Assembly: GCA_017499595.2 (NCBI GenBank)
Contig: CM039004.1
Coordinates: 992,001 to 1,056,000 of the forward strand
Length of the DNA: 64,000 bases
Reading direction: 5' to 3'
Origin: Psilocybe cubensis
Taxonomy: Eukaryota
Positions 13,920-30,449 of the stretch are shown one piece after another. The first letter of the stretch is position 1. Every line of letters begins with the position of its first letter. The notes beneath the pieces were generated by a model, which did not search any database, was not told the origin of the DNA, and was given only the letters and a program-made list of their open reading frames with translations. The position numbers and the translations under genes are program-made.

Positions 13920-14994
13920 ATGGAATCTCTTCTCAGTCCACGAACGATCAAGGCGCTGCTTACTCATGCAGTCTGGAGAACCAGGCCCCGAGGTCGGATT
14001 CCATGCCTTTCGATTAGCCGTGTTCGCAATTCCTCCAGCTCGATCAGTGTCTGTCGTATCTGTCGTTATTGCCTGAGAAGATCAAAAGCCAAGCTGAAGT
14101 TCGTATTTTTAGGCACTTCAAGCAGCGTTCCGCGACCCGTCATCTCCATTTCACATACCGCCTGGTTCTACAGGTCCCGAGTCTCCCGACTCGCCACCAA
14201 CTCAAGCCCGTTTGACCACTCTGGCATCTTCGGAATCTAAAAGTGATTATCCTGATCTGCTCACAGAAGGATACGAAAAACTCCGCCGCGGGGGCTTCGA
14301 TCCAGAATCATTTTGGGAACAACGGATTGTTTGGGGTGACCATGATTCATTCCAGTCAGTCGATACTTTCTAGCAAATTCTTTCTGCTCTAATGTTTTGT
14401 AATAGGCATGTAAACAACGTACGATATGGTGAGCTTGTCAGGTATACCTGGGCTACGATTGATCTGTTAAGATTAATCCATTCTCCACAATATAGTCCGT
14501 TTCTTCGAGTCAGTGAGTGTCTTTGATTCTCAAGGAAAATTCTTTGTGCTTCCGGAGCTGACATGTGATCTCTGCAAGGCCCGTATACAGTGGCTAATGT
14601 CCCTTGGTAAAGAAATTGGAGGACCTGAAAAGGCCAAAGCAATGATCAATGGCCAAGGGATTTCATTAATACTCAAATCCATCGAAGTGAAATTTAGGCG
14701 GCCAGTGACCTATCCCGACAGTGTAAGTCAAGTTCGCTCCCCGCTCCGAACTTCCTATCTGTTTTCTTATCGTTCGTTTTGAAGCTTTTGATCGGGTACC
14801 GTCCCTTGTCATTGTCCAGTGGGGAGGATCCATCTACATTCCATGTGACTGCATCTGCATATTCTGTTGCTCAGGGAGCATACGTGGCTCACTCAAAGGA
14901 AGCACTCGTGTGGTATGATTATGACATTCTCAAGAAGTGTGATCCAGGGGAGAGGGCCATAAATGTTCTGAGAGGTCGAATGACTAAAAACTAG
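13920..14994 (+). CDS. HotDog-fold (4HBT-like) thioesterase, possibly with a mitochondrial presequence
   Basis: The spliced product contains WGDHDSFQHVNNVRYVRFFESARIQW, SLILKSIEVKFRRPVTYPDS and LVWYDYDILKKCD. The N-terminus is Arg/Ser-rich. The start codon and first donor are uncertain. Confidence 0.75.
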
Positions 14995-16958
14995 GTTCGT
15001 CCAAGTTTCCATGTACCTCTTATTGTTAACTCGGATTTCACAGATGGAACAGCGTGTTTTGGCGCGCTAGGATAAGAAATGTTCACCTTCTTTGTTTAAA
15101 AATACATTGGAACTGAACTGGAAGCGATATGTTATGAATAACGTGGAGCCCGACATGAGAAATACCTCTTGTTCGTATTCTTGGGTCTAATCTACCGTAA
15201 ATTAGATGCAGTTTAGCGTTGGTGCAGGTGTTCGTTCGATTATTTATAATCGAAACCGCAAATAACACAATCCGAATCCCAATCGCTAACGGGTGAGCAA
15301 GGTCAGGAATCCGGCGCACGTTGGCGTTAGGTCTGGAAAACTTCGGCCATAACTTTCCTGTCGAGTGTCGCTATTACGGCTCGATGAACCGTTTGTTGTT
15401 TTCTACTTTGGACAAAATTCAACCGAAAGATAGAGCCTAATAATCTGATAAGCTTGCCGTCTGGTTAGAAGACCAGCGGTCTATGCCGCTTTTTGTTTAT
15501 ACATGAAGAACGCCGCCCAGAGCGTGCTAGAATTTTATTTCAGAGTAATATGAATGGCTGGGTGGAGTGCACACAGCGCTGTAACCGAATATTGAGAAAC
15601 CATGCTCATTACGATAAGACAAAGATCAGCATGAAATTCTCTTGGCATTTAACGGGAAGCGCTGTGAAAAAAAGATATCTAGAGAATTTACCCATCAGGC
15701 AACGGCGCCGCACGGGTTCTCAGCAAGAGTTCTCGTAAGATCGGTCAGAGTTACATCAACGAGGGTAAAATTATCTGGTCAATGAGATGCGATGTGTGCC
15801 CTCCATTATTCTGCACTGAGTAAGAAGTCACGGTGAGATGACTTGGGAAAAGAAGTAAAAATTGTGAGGAGGCAGCTGCCAAAAGGTGTTGAAATTAACG
15901 GGCAAAATATGAGCGCGACCATTCCCTAGGATTCAGATCCGCCGACGAAAGGATTACATCCTATAACCTCAAAGAGGGAAACTGTATATGACGTTCGCTT
16001 TGATGCCAGGGGAGAATAGCGATTTGATTGAGGAAACTCGCAAATTTTCGTGCCCGACGCGACGAGCTACAGAAAAGGAAAGGCGCCTTGGTCAATAGGA
16101 TCAATCGCTGACTAAGTTTGACCAAACAAAGACCGGCGAAAAACGGCGGCTTCAGCAAACGCATAATGACCGTGGAAAAAGATTACATTTCAGGTGCAGT
16201 TGATTGTTGTTTGGTCCAAAAGGTCTACATGTCGGGTTGTCGCAAATGATGATTTTACAACTTAAACTAGTACCAACTTGACCAGACATCCAGAGTTTCT
16301 ACCTGTTGGTCTCGAATTGTGCGCGCATGAAAGATTTTCGAATAATAAAACTCACATCTTGGTACTGCAGCTTGTTCTGACCATCTCCTGGTTAAATAGG
16401 AGCATAGTGCATACACTGTGATTACCGCCTAAATAACCGTCGTCGGATGTGCTTATAGAACTCTAGCCAAAGGACCATCACGCTAGTGTGGACTCCCACA
16501 TGCTGACACGTAAAGGCCTTCGAAACGGACATTTCTTTTGATCTTATTGACGAATTTTTACGACACGCAAGACCCCCGCCGTTCGGGCACAGATACTGTT
16601 TTGTGGACTTGAAAACGTGAAACCCCGACGTATCACAACCCATCTCATGGATCTGCTTCTTTCCCTTGCGGAAAATTTTGAGCCATCTGGCGTCAGCGCA
16701 GAGTTCCCTCCGCCTGCCCCTTTGCCCTGATGACATATACTTTAGGAAGGCAAGATGTTAATAACCAAATAATGCCTGCGAAAGTTTACATCGTCAATCC
16801 ATGCGAGCCAGCTTCTCAAGATCGATCGCAGTTCCCATTCTTGAATCGTCCGACCAATTACCATACCTGTCCTTCGGTTCTAGTTCTTCTGCTCGCCAAA
16901 CAATCTTTTGCGTCAAGTCATAATCGGGACTGTCGTTTCAACCACGACACTATACACT

Positions 16959-16966
16959 TATAAAAG
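16959..16966 (+). promoter_or_regulatory. Candidate TATA box of the NRPS-like gene
   Basis: TATAAAAG lies ~50 nt upstream of the ATG at 17010. Confidence 0.5.
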
Positions 16967-17009
16967 GCAAGATCAACTTACAACGGATACATCGTCCTCC
17001 TGCCCGACG

Positions 17010-20000
17010 ATGACCGTCCCGCTCGCCTTTCTAGACGTAGCAACCTTGCCAAAAGGTCTTTCTCTCGGAGAACATTTTAGCAACCTCATTTCCAAGTCCC
17101 CTGTTCATTCCTTACTTGACTGTCTCGCATCTGGGGAGACCCCTGCCATTTTTTCTCCCGACATTCACAGACCTCCTTTACTGCACTCGGACCTACGTAA
17201 TTTTGTGGCTAATTTCGCGCTACCATCTGCTGCTCGTTATGGAGGTCGTCGTGCTCTCGGCAGAAATGATCGAATCATGGTGGTTTTGCCCTCGGGTCCA
17301 GAGAATGCATTGGCGCTATTGGCATTGAGTAATTATCATTCGTGCGCCCCAGTTAACGCGAGCTGCACCAGACAGGAATTGATGGACGATATGCGCCGAC
17401 TTGGAGCCAAGGCAATTATCACCACACCTGACATCGCGAAGCACCTCGACACGAAGTTGATCCAGGATGAACTCGATTGTGAGGTTATTCTTCTCCACGC
17501 ACGCTCGACAGGTCCCGCGGGGTTGTTCGACCTTTCTATTGCAGGTGGCCACCACTCTGCTATCACTCCTCCACATCCTTCCGAGGTCCATGGTCTCGAC
17601 GACATATCACTCATTCTTCACACATCCGGTACCAGTGGCAAAAAAAAGGTTGTGCGGTATTCTCTCCGAACGTTGTTGGTTGGAACTTGGTGTGTGGTAC
17701 ATTCTTGGAACCTACTTCCAAATGACATCAATTGTATGTGATCGATCCCTTCTTTCGGTTGGTTTATGCGCTAAAGTTAACTTAAGTGAATATGATGCCG
17801 CTCTTCCATGTCGGGGGGATAGTGCGGAACTTGCTTGCCCCGGTGCTCTCTGGAGGAAGCGCGATCATGTGTGCGGGGTTTGACCCCAACGCGTTCTGGC
17901 AATATGCCTTGGAACTCAGAGCTACCTGGTGCGTGCAGTTCATATCCGTAGGCCTAACATCTACCTAATCTAGTATTTTCATGTCTCTTTAAGGTATTAC
18001 GCTGCCCCGACCGTCCACCATGCAATTCTTGCATCGAAGCCAGATACAATGGTTCCATCAAAGGATCTGCGCATACGGCTCATATGTAATGCCGCAGGTG
18101 GCCTATTGCCGTCTCTTGCGTCAGAGTTGAAAGATACCTTTGATGCTACTGTATTGCCTTCATATGGGATGACAGAGTAAGCCGAGGGCCCCTCAATCCC
18201 CTGTTGGGAAAAATTTATTAACAGTTTATTCAGATGTATGCCCATCGCCACCCCTTTGACGAATTATAAATTGGATCGCCCAGGTTGTTCTGGCATTGCA
18301 TGTGGTCCATACCTCTCTATTCGATTGCCCAATGATCTCGAACGTGAAGTTGGTCCGGGGAAAACAGGGGCTGTTTGTGTTCGCGGACTTCCGACATTCG
18401 ATGGCTATGAGATTTCACCAGACATTCAAATACCCCTTGACACGTCGACCTTCTCTAGCGAAGGGTGGTTTGACTCAGGAGATGTGGGATACATGGATGA
18501 AGACGGGTATGTCTCGGCCTTAAGAAAGTATATTCCATTCTGATAAGCAGAGCAGGTATCTATACATCACGGGACGGTCCAAGGAAATTATCAACAAGGG
18601 AGGGGAGGTCGTCTCTCCGTTCGAGGTTGAAGAAGCCATTGTGACAGCAGCCAAAGATTATGTGAAGGTTTGTCTGGTGTTTTAGATTCATTCATGCCCC
18701 AAAATCTCATGGACCTTCCAACATAGACCGCCTTAGCGTTTTCTGTCGACCACGATGTCTTGCAGGAGACTATTGGAGTGGTTATTGTGCCCGATCAGAG
18801 TCAACCGCGCGTGGGTTTACGCCAGTTGCATGATATGCTCAAGTAATTATATCCCTTTCCTTCCACTGTGGAGAGCCGTGCTAACGGCAAGAAGAGGTCA
18901 TCTACATCCTTCAAAGTGGCCTTTTGCCATAGTATTCATGGACGATGTGCCCAAAAATAGGTGCCTCGATGCTTTAACGATTTAAACTTGGATTACACTT
19001 ACAATGTCTTTTTTAGTGCTGGGAAGCCTCTCCGCATAGGGTTATCGAAACGTTTGGGGATCGGTCAACTGACTGACGACCACTCTATTCTCAGTCGACA
19101 TTTCGAAGCCGTTGCACCGCCGATTACGCAGTCAATCCATAGTCCAATCCCATGCTCCACAGTCTCAGTTGATCCTAGTGTTGTCGACAGTGCTTTCCGA
19201 AACATCCCTAAGGTTGTCGACTTCGCCGTGGAGCACCATTCCGACGGCTCACTAGATGCGTATATTTCTGTTGAGCCGACCTGGTCATTCTCGGCGAATG
19301 AGGTGAAACAGTTAGTCACTCCTCGTTTGCCCGGTTACTCGATTCCAAACCAAATTCACATCGTCAACGGTCCTCTTCTTCGAGATGGCTCTGGTTCTCA
19401 TGACTTCAGGGCAATGGAAAGGCAAGCAGCGAAATCTGCAAATATCCAGATGACGAAGCGGCAGATGCTTGTGCGGGATATTGTAGCAGAGCTCCTCAAC
19501 ATCGACCCTACCCATATCCATACTGGCTCCGACTTTTTCCTTCTTGGTGGCAACTCACTTCTCCTCGGAAAACTATCACACAGTGTCAGGCGCCAGTCTG
19601 GAATTAATATTGGAATTACTGAGCTCTTTAGCGAAAGCACTATTCATGGCATTGCTGCATTGTTGGAAGAACGGGAGGCCGCAAACGCGGATACGGATAC
19701 GGAAACAAAGGCACATGGTGACCAGGAGAAAGTCAAGGACCCTAACACTCGTAATTCGTCCACCACAGCCTTTGGAGATGATTACGATTTCGAACAAGAT
19801 GCTGAATATGCTGAAACTAAAAGGTCACGAAGTCAGGACCATCCTCTATGCCTCATTGTTCAAGCCATTCCTTTTGTCTTTTTCTATCCACTGAAGACAG
19901 CCTGGACCTGTAAGTCTGCCGTTATTGACTTCTGGTTTATGCCGTGTTCTCAATTTTTTGTAGGGTCTATGCTAATTTTTATGTTGTCCTATTTGGCACC

Positions 20001-22879
20001 GTTGATTAACGGGACATATTGGGAACGAATGGTGGCATTGTTGACTTCAATCCTGGTTGCGAGAGTTACAGCACGTATCGTCTGTCCTCTTACTTCCATC
20101 CTTTTCAAGTGGATTGTCATCGGTCGGTACAAACCTGGAACCTATCAGACGTAAGGTCGCTGTTTCTTTGAATGCGTAGACAATGCTAAATGTTTTCTAG
20201 TTGGTCGACCTACTACCTCCGGTGGTGGATTGTCAACCAAAGCATCAGGTGAATAATTTATCCCATTCATAATAAGTGGTATACGTTATTTATATGCTTT
20301 GAATCTCTAGAATATCTGGAAGGGGAATTTTCGCTCTACATCCATCATTGACAACATTGTACTATCGTCTGCTAGGCGCGAAGATTGGAAAGGATGTTCA
20401 TATTGACGAAGACACTAAATTATTCGAGTGCGATCTCCTTGATCTTCGAGACGGCTGCCGCCTTCAGACATCCACCATACGCGGCTTTGCTGTTGAGAGA
20501 AATGGTTACTTCACCCTTGCACCTGTCACGATCGGACGCAAAGCTTTTGTTAACCAGTACACACACATTGCGCCAGGCTCTCTTATTGATGATGGCTCGG
20601 TATACGGGCCTCACGCTTCTTCATACGACGACCCCTCTCCCAGATCTTATGCCGCTTATAACGGCACTCTGTTGGCCAAGCCATCGCTAATCTTGCAGAT
20701 GCTTATCGCGTGGCCCATAATTCTGATCGTTGTATTCCTGTCATGTAAGCCATCCAATCTTTCGATCAACGTCATGCAACTTATTTTGGTATAGATGTAC
20801 CCTGGATGGCTGCTATTTTTGTAATGGTCAACCAAACGCATATCACTCGTGCAGGCCTGAACGACTTGGAATCAGTCATTTATTGGTTTGCAACTCCTAA
20901 ACGAGTGTTATTCCATGCCTTGTCCCGGATTGTTCGAGCCCTCCTGAGACCCATTATCAGGGTTGCACTTGGTATAATGGTTAAACGCTTGTTAGGCCTT
21001 AACTCCGAGACTACATCCTCCCGCGATTCTCAGTTGGTGCTTCTAAGGCGATATATAAACTCCATTTTATTGTCCCAATCGGAGCTCAAGGACGCATTTT
21101 CAATTGTTGGCACGCATTACGAAGTGGTTTCTGTAAGAATATTCAAATTCTTAAGTAATCATTTTCTGACCGCCACCTTTCGCTTTTCATAGATGGTATA
21201 CAGAGCAATGGGTGCCAAAATCGGGAAACGCATTTATTGGCCTGGCTCAGGCATTGCATGCATGGACCCGGAATTGCTGGAAATTGGTGATGATGTTGTT
21301 TTTGGTTCACGATCTGCGCTCGTAACGACGGATCGTCTTGGATCTGGGAAAATTGTGATCGAAAGTGGAGGTATATATTCGTGCCCGCCTATTTTTAATT
21401 TTATGTCCACTTCTGATTGCATCCGCCTTTTCTAGCAATGGTAGCCGACCGAGTAGTTTTATTGCCCGGAACGAAACTAGGGCGTCGGGCAGTGATGGGC
21501 TCCGGTTCTCTAGGAAAGCGCAACGCGGAATACCTCCCTGGTTCAACGTGGATGGGCAATGGTTAGTTGTCAAGCTTTATTGAGATATATATCGCTAATG
21601 CTGAAGGTACAATAGACAAGGGCGAAGCTGTATGTCTCGTCAAAGGCTCCAAAGAAGCAGGCAGTGGGGACACTTCCACACCTTTTGGACGGGCATTCTA
21701 CCAGAAAAAGGCAAATTACTTCGTTTTCCCATATACGATGATTCTTGCTATAAGTGTCATTATGACCGCCGTGTCAGCAGCGTACTGGTCCATCAGCGCC
21801 GTAGGGGCAGCGCAAGTGCTCAAGGATGCTCGAATTCATCGTTTCCACGTCTTCCGACCTCGCTGGTACTTGTTCGGGGTCATCTATGGAGTCATTTCTG
21901 TCTGTTTTATTGTCATTCTCACGGTTCAGGGGTTATTCTCTATCATATGGGTTATTGTAGCCAAGTGGCTCATCATCGGGAGACGTCGCCCTGGAAGGTA
22001 CGATTGGGATCAAAGCAGCTACTGCCAACGATGGCAACTTCACTTGGTCGTTTCTCGCCTCATGTACAAAGGATATGGCTATGGTGGTGTCCTTGCGCCT
22101 CTAGCGGGTTCTGCCTACATTGTATGGTATTTCCGGGCATTAGGTGCCGTAATTGGCGACAATTGTGCAATTTGGGCTGGCGGACGCCCAGGTCTAATGA
22201 CAGAGCCCGACCTCGTCGAGGTAAGCGATCCTTAATACATCTACATGTCGACGACGGACTATCTGTTAACACTGTCACTTTGTCAGCTTGGCGATGAGGT
22301 AAATTTGGATGACTGTTCTGTCGTGGCGCATATCAATTCTCGAGGAAATTTCGCACTGAATAGACTCAAGATCGGAAACCAGTGAGGCTTTTTCTTCGGA
22401 TCTTTAAATTTTCCTTCTGGTCTTCTAACACCCTGTCATCAAGGTGTGCTATGCGGTCGGGCTCGCGGCTACTATCCGGGGCCTCGATGGAGGACAGCAG
22501 TATGCTCTGCGAGCACACTCTTCTTACGTCCGGGGACGTCGCCGACGCCGGTGTAGCGTACTACGGCTGGCCAGCGAAGAGGCTGGAGGACGCAGCGGAT
22601 TCAAATGCAGGGGCTGTAAAACCTGCATTCCTGACATGCCCCATATGCCGGCGTTTTCCCAAAGACAGCGCAGTTAGTGGATGTGGGCATCTCTTCTGTC
22701 ACAGGTGAGCCTTGTTCGACGTTCTGAAAACCCCGATTACGGCCACTGAGGATGGATTTAGTTGCATTTCTCGATCGCTATCAAGAAGAAAATACTGCCC
22801 TGTATGCTTCGAACCATCTACGCTCAACCAGCTGAAGAGAGTGCACCTATCTTTCGGGGCAGAGACACCTCAGCATTGA
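17010..22879 (+). CDS. Membrane-bound NRPS-like protein: adenylation domain, carrier (T) domain, three TM/left-handed beta-helix units (Pls/polymalate-synthetase-like) and a C-terminal C3HC4 RING finger
   Basis: About 17 GT-AG introns, ~1,600 aa. A-domain motifs are LHTSGTSGKKK, MPLFHVGG, SYGMTE, FDSGDVG, ITGRSKE and PKNSAGK. The T motif is DFFLLGGNSL (19531-19560). The three repeated units read YRLLGAKIG, YRAMGAKIG and FRALGAVIG, with KWxxIGR motifs and hydrophobic helices. The RING is CPIC-x11-CGHLFCHSC-x10-CPVC. Confidence 0.85.
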
Positions 22880-23223
22880 GCCAATTTCTGACACTCACAT
22901 TTGCATTTCCCCTCTGATTTATCTGCATTGCTTTCGTTCACGGACAACCATCAATTTCACTTTTGTAACCGGGCGGGTCCACCAAGGATTTCACAGTAGA
23001 ATCTAGATTACTATACCACTTATCTCTTGGATGCCCACAACTAACTATCCAGCAGATAATAAGCCTCGAAGGTTAGCTCGACCTTCCAGGTGATGTCTGC
23101 TCTACTCGCATTCAAGGATGAGCGGTATAGCAGGATAATAGAGTAACTAATTAACGTATTTAACGTATGTGTGTACGACCAGTATGTCAAATCTCAAGTC
23201 CAATGTGTTTCTAGACCAATCAT

Positions 23224-25273
23224 TCAGTCAATGATATTGAGTTCTCGTAGACGCGCTTTTGCGAATGTATCTTTGTAGGTATTCCAAATGCTACAAAAAC
23301 AGGGGCTTTGATGAGTTGGCGATAAAAGGGCTTTACATCGTAAATGCGCACCGTAGTAATTCTTCGATATACTTTTCTTGCACGCGCACGATTTCTTCCT
23401 GACTTGGTTTATCACATTGTTGAATACGAATGGGTTTTCCAACTACAAGGGCAAAGAGGTGCGTCAGCAAATGTGTTGGACATAATAAGAGTAAATATTG
23501 GCGGTTCCGACTTACTAACTGCGACGATTTGCCGCCTGTACGGCATTAGACCAAGGTTGTCTATAGTTCCGTGAAAAGAAGTCAGAACAACAATTTTAAG
23601 AAGTTTCTCCAAATTTTCAAACTTCTGAAATACGACAACAACGTACAATTCAAGAGGCCTCTTCCATGGAAGAGAGGAAGAGTGAATCCAAACATTGACT
23701 GGAACTTCCGTTGTAACGCGTATACTGTGGTTCCCTTCTCATTGGGCATTTGTTGGTATATCTGGAGGCGATTTAGGTTAATGAAAAAAAATAGTGCGAA
23801 CAAAAAATAAAACAAATAACGAACATCATTCTCTCCAAAAGAGAACACGGGAACAAGGTCAGCTCTAAGAAAGACAAAAAAGGAACGATGAATAAACACG
23901 TCCTGGATAAAGCCATTACAGCATTGACTAACCCATGCTGAATGGCAAGCTTGATGAAGCCTAGCCTATAACCGAACAAAAACATGAGTAACTCTACACC
24001 TGACGAAAAAAAAGGTAAAGTATGCACCGTCTTCTCAAAGTAAGGTCCGCAGTGCCAGGATGAGCACTCAGACTTTCAGCAGCGCCGCCGACTACAATCG
24101 TAATAGCGGAGCCTGCTCCTGCTTTCAGAATGTTTGAGCATGATTGCCTGCTCACGCTGCAAACCCCTAGAGCAAGAAGGATGTCTCGATAGAACGGCAT
24201 TTGGAAATTCGTGGTTAAAGTCAACAAATGCGGCTTGATGCCTGGGAAGGCCGCTGAAAACCCAGTGGCTGCATCAATAGAATGAGTGTGTGTGCTTCGT
24301 TAAGAAGAAAAATAAGATTCAAATACCTTCTGTGGCGAAAGTTGCCAGGGCACCCCTGTCATAAATTAAACAAACAGAAATTTGAACGCATTGAGTCACA
24401 CGTACATTCCAATAATACCTGAAGCATTACGATGAATTTAGCTCGGAATAATCAAAGAATTAGTATATAGATGCGAACCGTGAGGATGGTAGCCAAACAC
24501 ATACGGCCTATCTGCAGGCAACTCGGCTTCCTACGGTGCCGGTGAAAGGTTAACTTCCATTTTAACACTACATCTTGGCAAATAGGTACCTTCAAGAATC
24601 TGTTTACAGGTGAGCGACCGAGAAGAAGAGATTTAGGGTCGCGACGTACGAGGCTGGGTAATAGTCCGCAAAGTATCTCCAGAATCGTGACGATCTCCAC
24701 CAATGCCAGCTACGTCCACCTCTTTCCGGAGCCTGATCAATGAAACGCGCCCATACAAAATACACGGTCAAGACGGGCCACAGAGGAGGGATAGACCTGG
24801 AGAGATGAACAAAATAAAATCAGTTATCGCCTGTCAATCAACGTGCATATGAAAAAGATTTCGCGGGATATCCGCCATGAAAGACGTCATACAGAAGCCG
24901 CAAAAAGAATGGAGGAAGAACGGCACACACCAAAGCAATAACCACGCGCATGTGGTAATCACAATCATGCACGACCATACAGCGACGGCAAGCATCTGAA
25001 GCCTCCTCTTCCTGGGTATCTTCGCCGGCACAAATCTATACATTCACATCGCAAACAAAAAGGAACAAAACCTTGTTTAGTCGACCTCCAGATGCACGCA
25101 TACATAAAAACGTACTCGATGTTCGCCTGGAGAGCAGCAACGGGATTAGGGACGCTCAGAGGTGTCGCGGCTAGCTTCGACAACCTTTCCTTTAGTGTTC
25201 CGGCAGACAATGTTCGCTGACTTGTCGATAGACCGCCCCCGGGCCTCAACGTGCTTGATTCCGTTTTGGACAT
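23224..25273 (-). CDS. DGA1: Diacylglycerol O-acyltransferase, DGAT2 family
   Basis: The spliced product has YFADYYP, FGYHPHGIIGMG, TLTTNFQMPFYRD, IVVGGAAESL, RLGFIKLAIQHG, LVPVFSFGEND and PLFHGRG. Confidence 0.92.
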
Positions 25274-25667
25274 GTTCAGTTGTATTTTCTTGGTGGCAGA
25301 CGGTGGTGGTAATCCTAATAAACGTCAAATGCGCTTCCCGAATACTTAGGACGAGTAAATGAACGAGTTTGTTTATGAAAAGAGAGTGCAAGACTGAGAT
25401 GGTGGTGGTATAAACAAGAGGTAAATCTTGCCAAGGCTTGATATCATTCATAACCACGTGAAACTGAGAAAGGAAGTGACCTCAATGATGTATGCGCATT
25501 GCGCGTTGCGCGTATGCACCTCAAGTTTTACGTTATAATAGCTCATGTCAGAGTCGGACAGACAGTTCCTGACAAAACGGAATCTAAATGAAATTTATGA
25601 CACAAGTACTACGTATGAACAATGAAAAAGAAAGCAACAGCCCCTCCAGATAAACGATTCAACTTCT

Positions 25668-28664
<2,997 letters not shown>

Positions 28665-29080
28665 GTTGTATGTGTATAGGGGATTGAAAGATTAGAGGAG
28701 AGGATGAGCTTGTGGCTCTTGAATATAAAGGAAGAAGGAAAGGACGCGCGTCCCCCGTGTGGGGAGATCAATGACCAACACAGCCAAACTCATTTACACA
28801 CGTGGTTTGTCACGTATGTCTACCGTCTACGTCCTTCGACAACTTTCTACCGTCCGACTCTTCATTTTGGCCCTTGTTCTGACTAAACTCCCAATTTATT
28901 TTCCTCGTTTAGAGTTGCTGCTTGGTCGCTATGAAGCTCGACTTACAGCTCCATGGCTTACTCACGGCTCAAACGATGATATTCCGTCCGTTTTTTGTGC
29001 TAACTTGCATTTAATACGCGCCTTCAAAACCTACAAAGTATGATGATTTAATTGCTCGGAGACCGGGGTATACATTTCCG

Positions 29081-30015
29081 TTACATTTCCTCGTCTTCAA
29101 ACTCAAGTTCCTCCACTGGATAATCACCAACTTTTACCTTCTCGGGCTTCACAAATACTCCATAATTCGGCCGACATGAGAAATATCTTTCCCCTTGCAC
29201 CCTGCACGGAACGAGGTCAAACGTCATATCGAAAATAGGAACAGTAGAATAAATGCTCACGATCCATCGTTCTTTCCAAAGGGTTCATCGTACTCGACCC
29301 CCACCCATGTTCCTTGACTGAATTTGGTTGGCCCGCAGAACCGCACAGTTCCTCGTTTGCTGAGACCTGCCTCTGCCGACTCAACCTCGCAGCGAGAACC
29401 GATGGGGACGTTAACACTTGGTCGTTCGGGCTCGGGCGTGGAATTCTGAGGTGCAAAACGACCAATCTTGTTACGTTGTTTATACGCCAGAACAGTGTCT
29501 ACGTGAAGGAAAGATATCATCAATATATTATAATAAAACGATGAAGAAAAATTGTATGAATAATACCTTGTCTTTGAGCATATTCTGCGTCCGAAAGTTC
29601 AAACTTGTCGACTTGGGTCACATCGGTCAATTGTCCCGTTAGACTGGAGGCGGGATTGGTATCCACAACCTAATGTAAATTGTCGAAACCTCAGAGAAGG
29701 ACTGTCTAAAGAGCAAACTCACTTTGATGACCTGCCAGTCTGCCAGCCCATAGAAACCCAACGGTTTTGAGTCGTCATTTAGCTCCGCGAGAACCCTTGG
29801 GTCAGATTCTGACGCAAGTATCGAGATAGCTTGGTTTGCTACTGGGACTCCAGTGATCAGCTCGAGCTTGCCCTATGAACATCTTGGTGTAATGAACAAA
29901 GTCTGAGAAGTCGTAGATGTTAGCGACTCACCTTCAACTGCTCAACACTGATATGAGGATCAATACGTCTCTCCGAGTGAGTATCAGCAGAGATCACAAA
30001 GACATTGACGACCAT
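29081..30015 (-). CDS. ALF1: Tubulin-folding cofactor B (ubiquitin-like domain plus CAP-Gly)
   Basis: The N-terminus reads [28 protein letters not shown]. The CAP-Gly region is [30 protein letters not shown] and the tail is [15 protein letters not shown]. Confidence 0.9.
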
Positions 30016-30449
30016 GTCTAAGGGTATGAAAGTACTGATCAGTGGTAAAGCTTAAAGGATGATAATGTTATGGTTCAAAAGTTGTGTTCCGCAAACATGA
30101 ACTTAATCTTATCTTATCTCAGGTGCAGATGTTGATCCTTCTATACTTACCCCTGATCAGCAGACCCCTGAGTGCTAGCCCGATCCAAAGATCTGAGCGC
30201 TTGAGGAGAAAAATTGATAGTTGATTAAACTAAAGCTGAGGCCAATGAACTTTCCACAATTTGCGATACGTGATGGTTTATTTAACACAATACATAACAA
30301 TAGTACAACAGTAGGGTCATAAATACATCAATGGTCATCCTGATCATAAATATCGTTCAACCAGCATCTCAAAGCCCGCCGAACTTTAATCTATGCAGAT
30401 CGATATTTTATCCCACTAATTTATCATACACCTCTCGTAGATGATCGCT

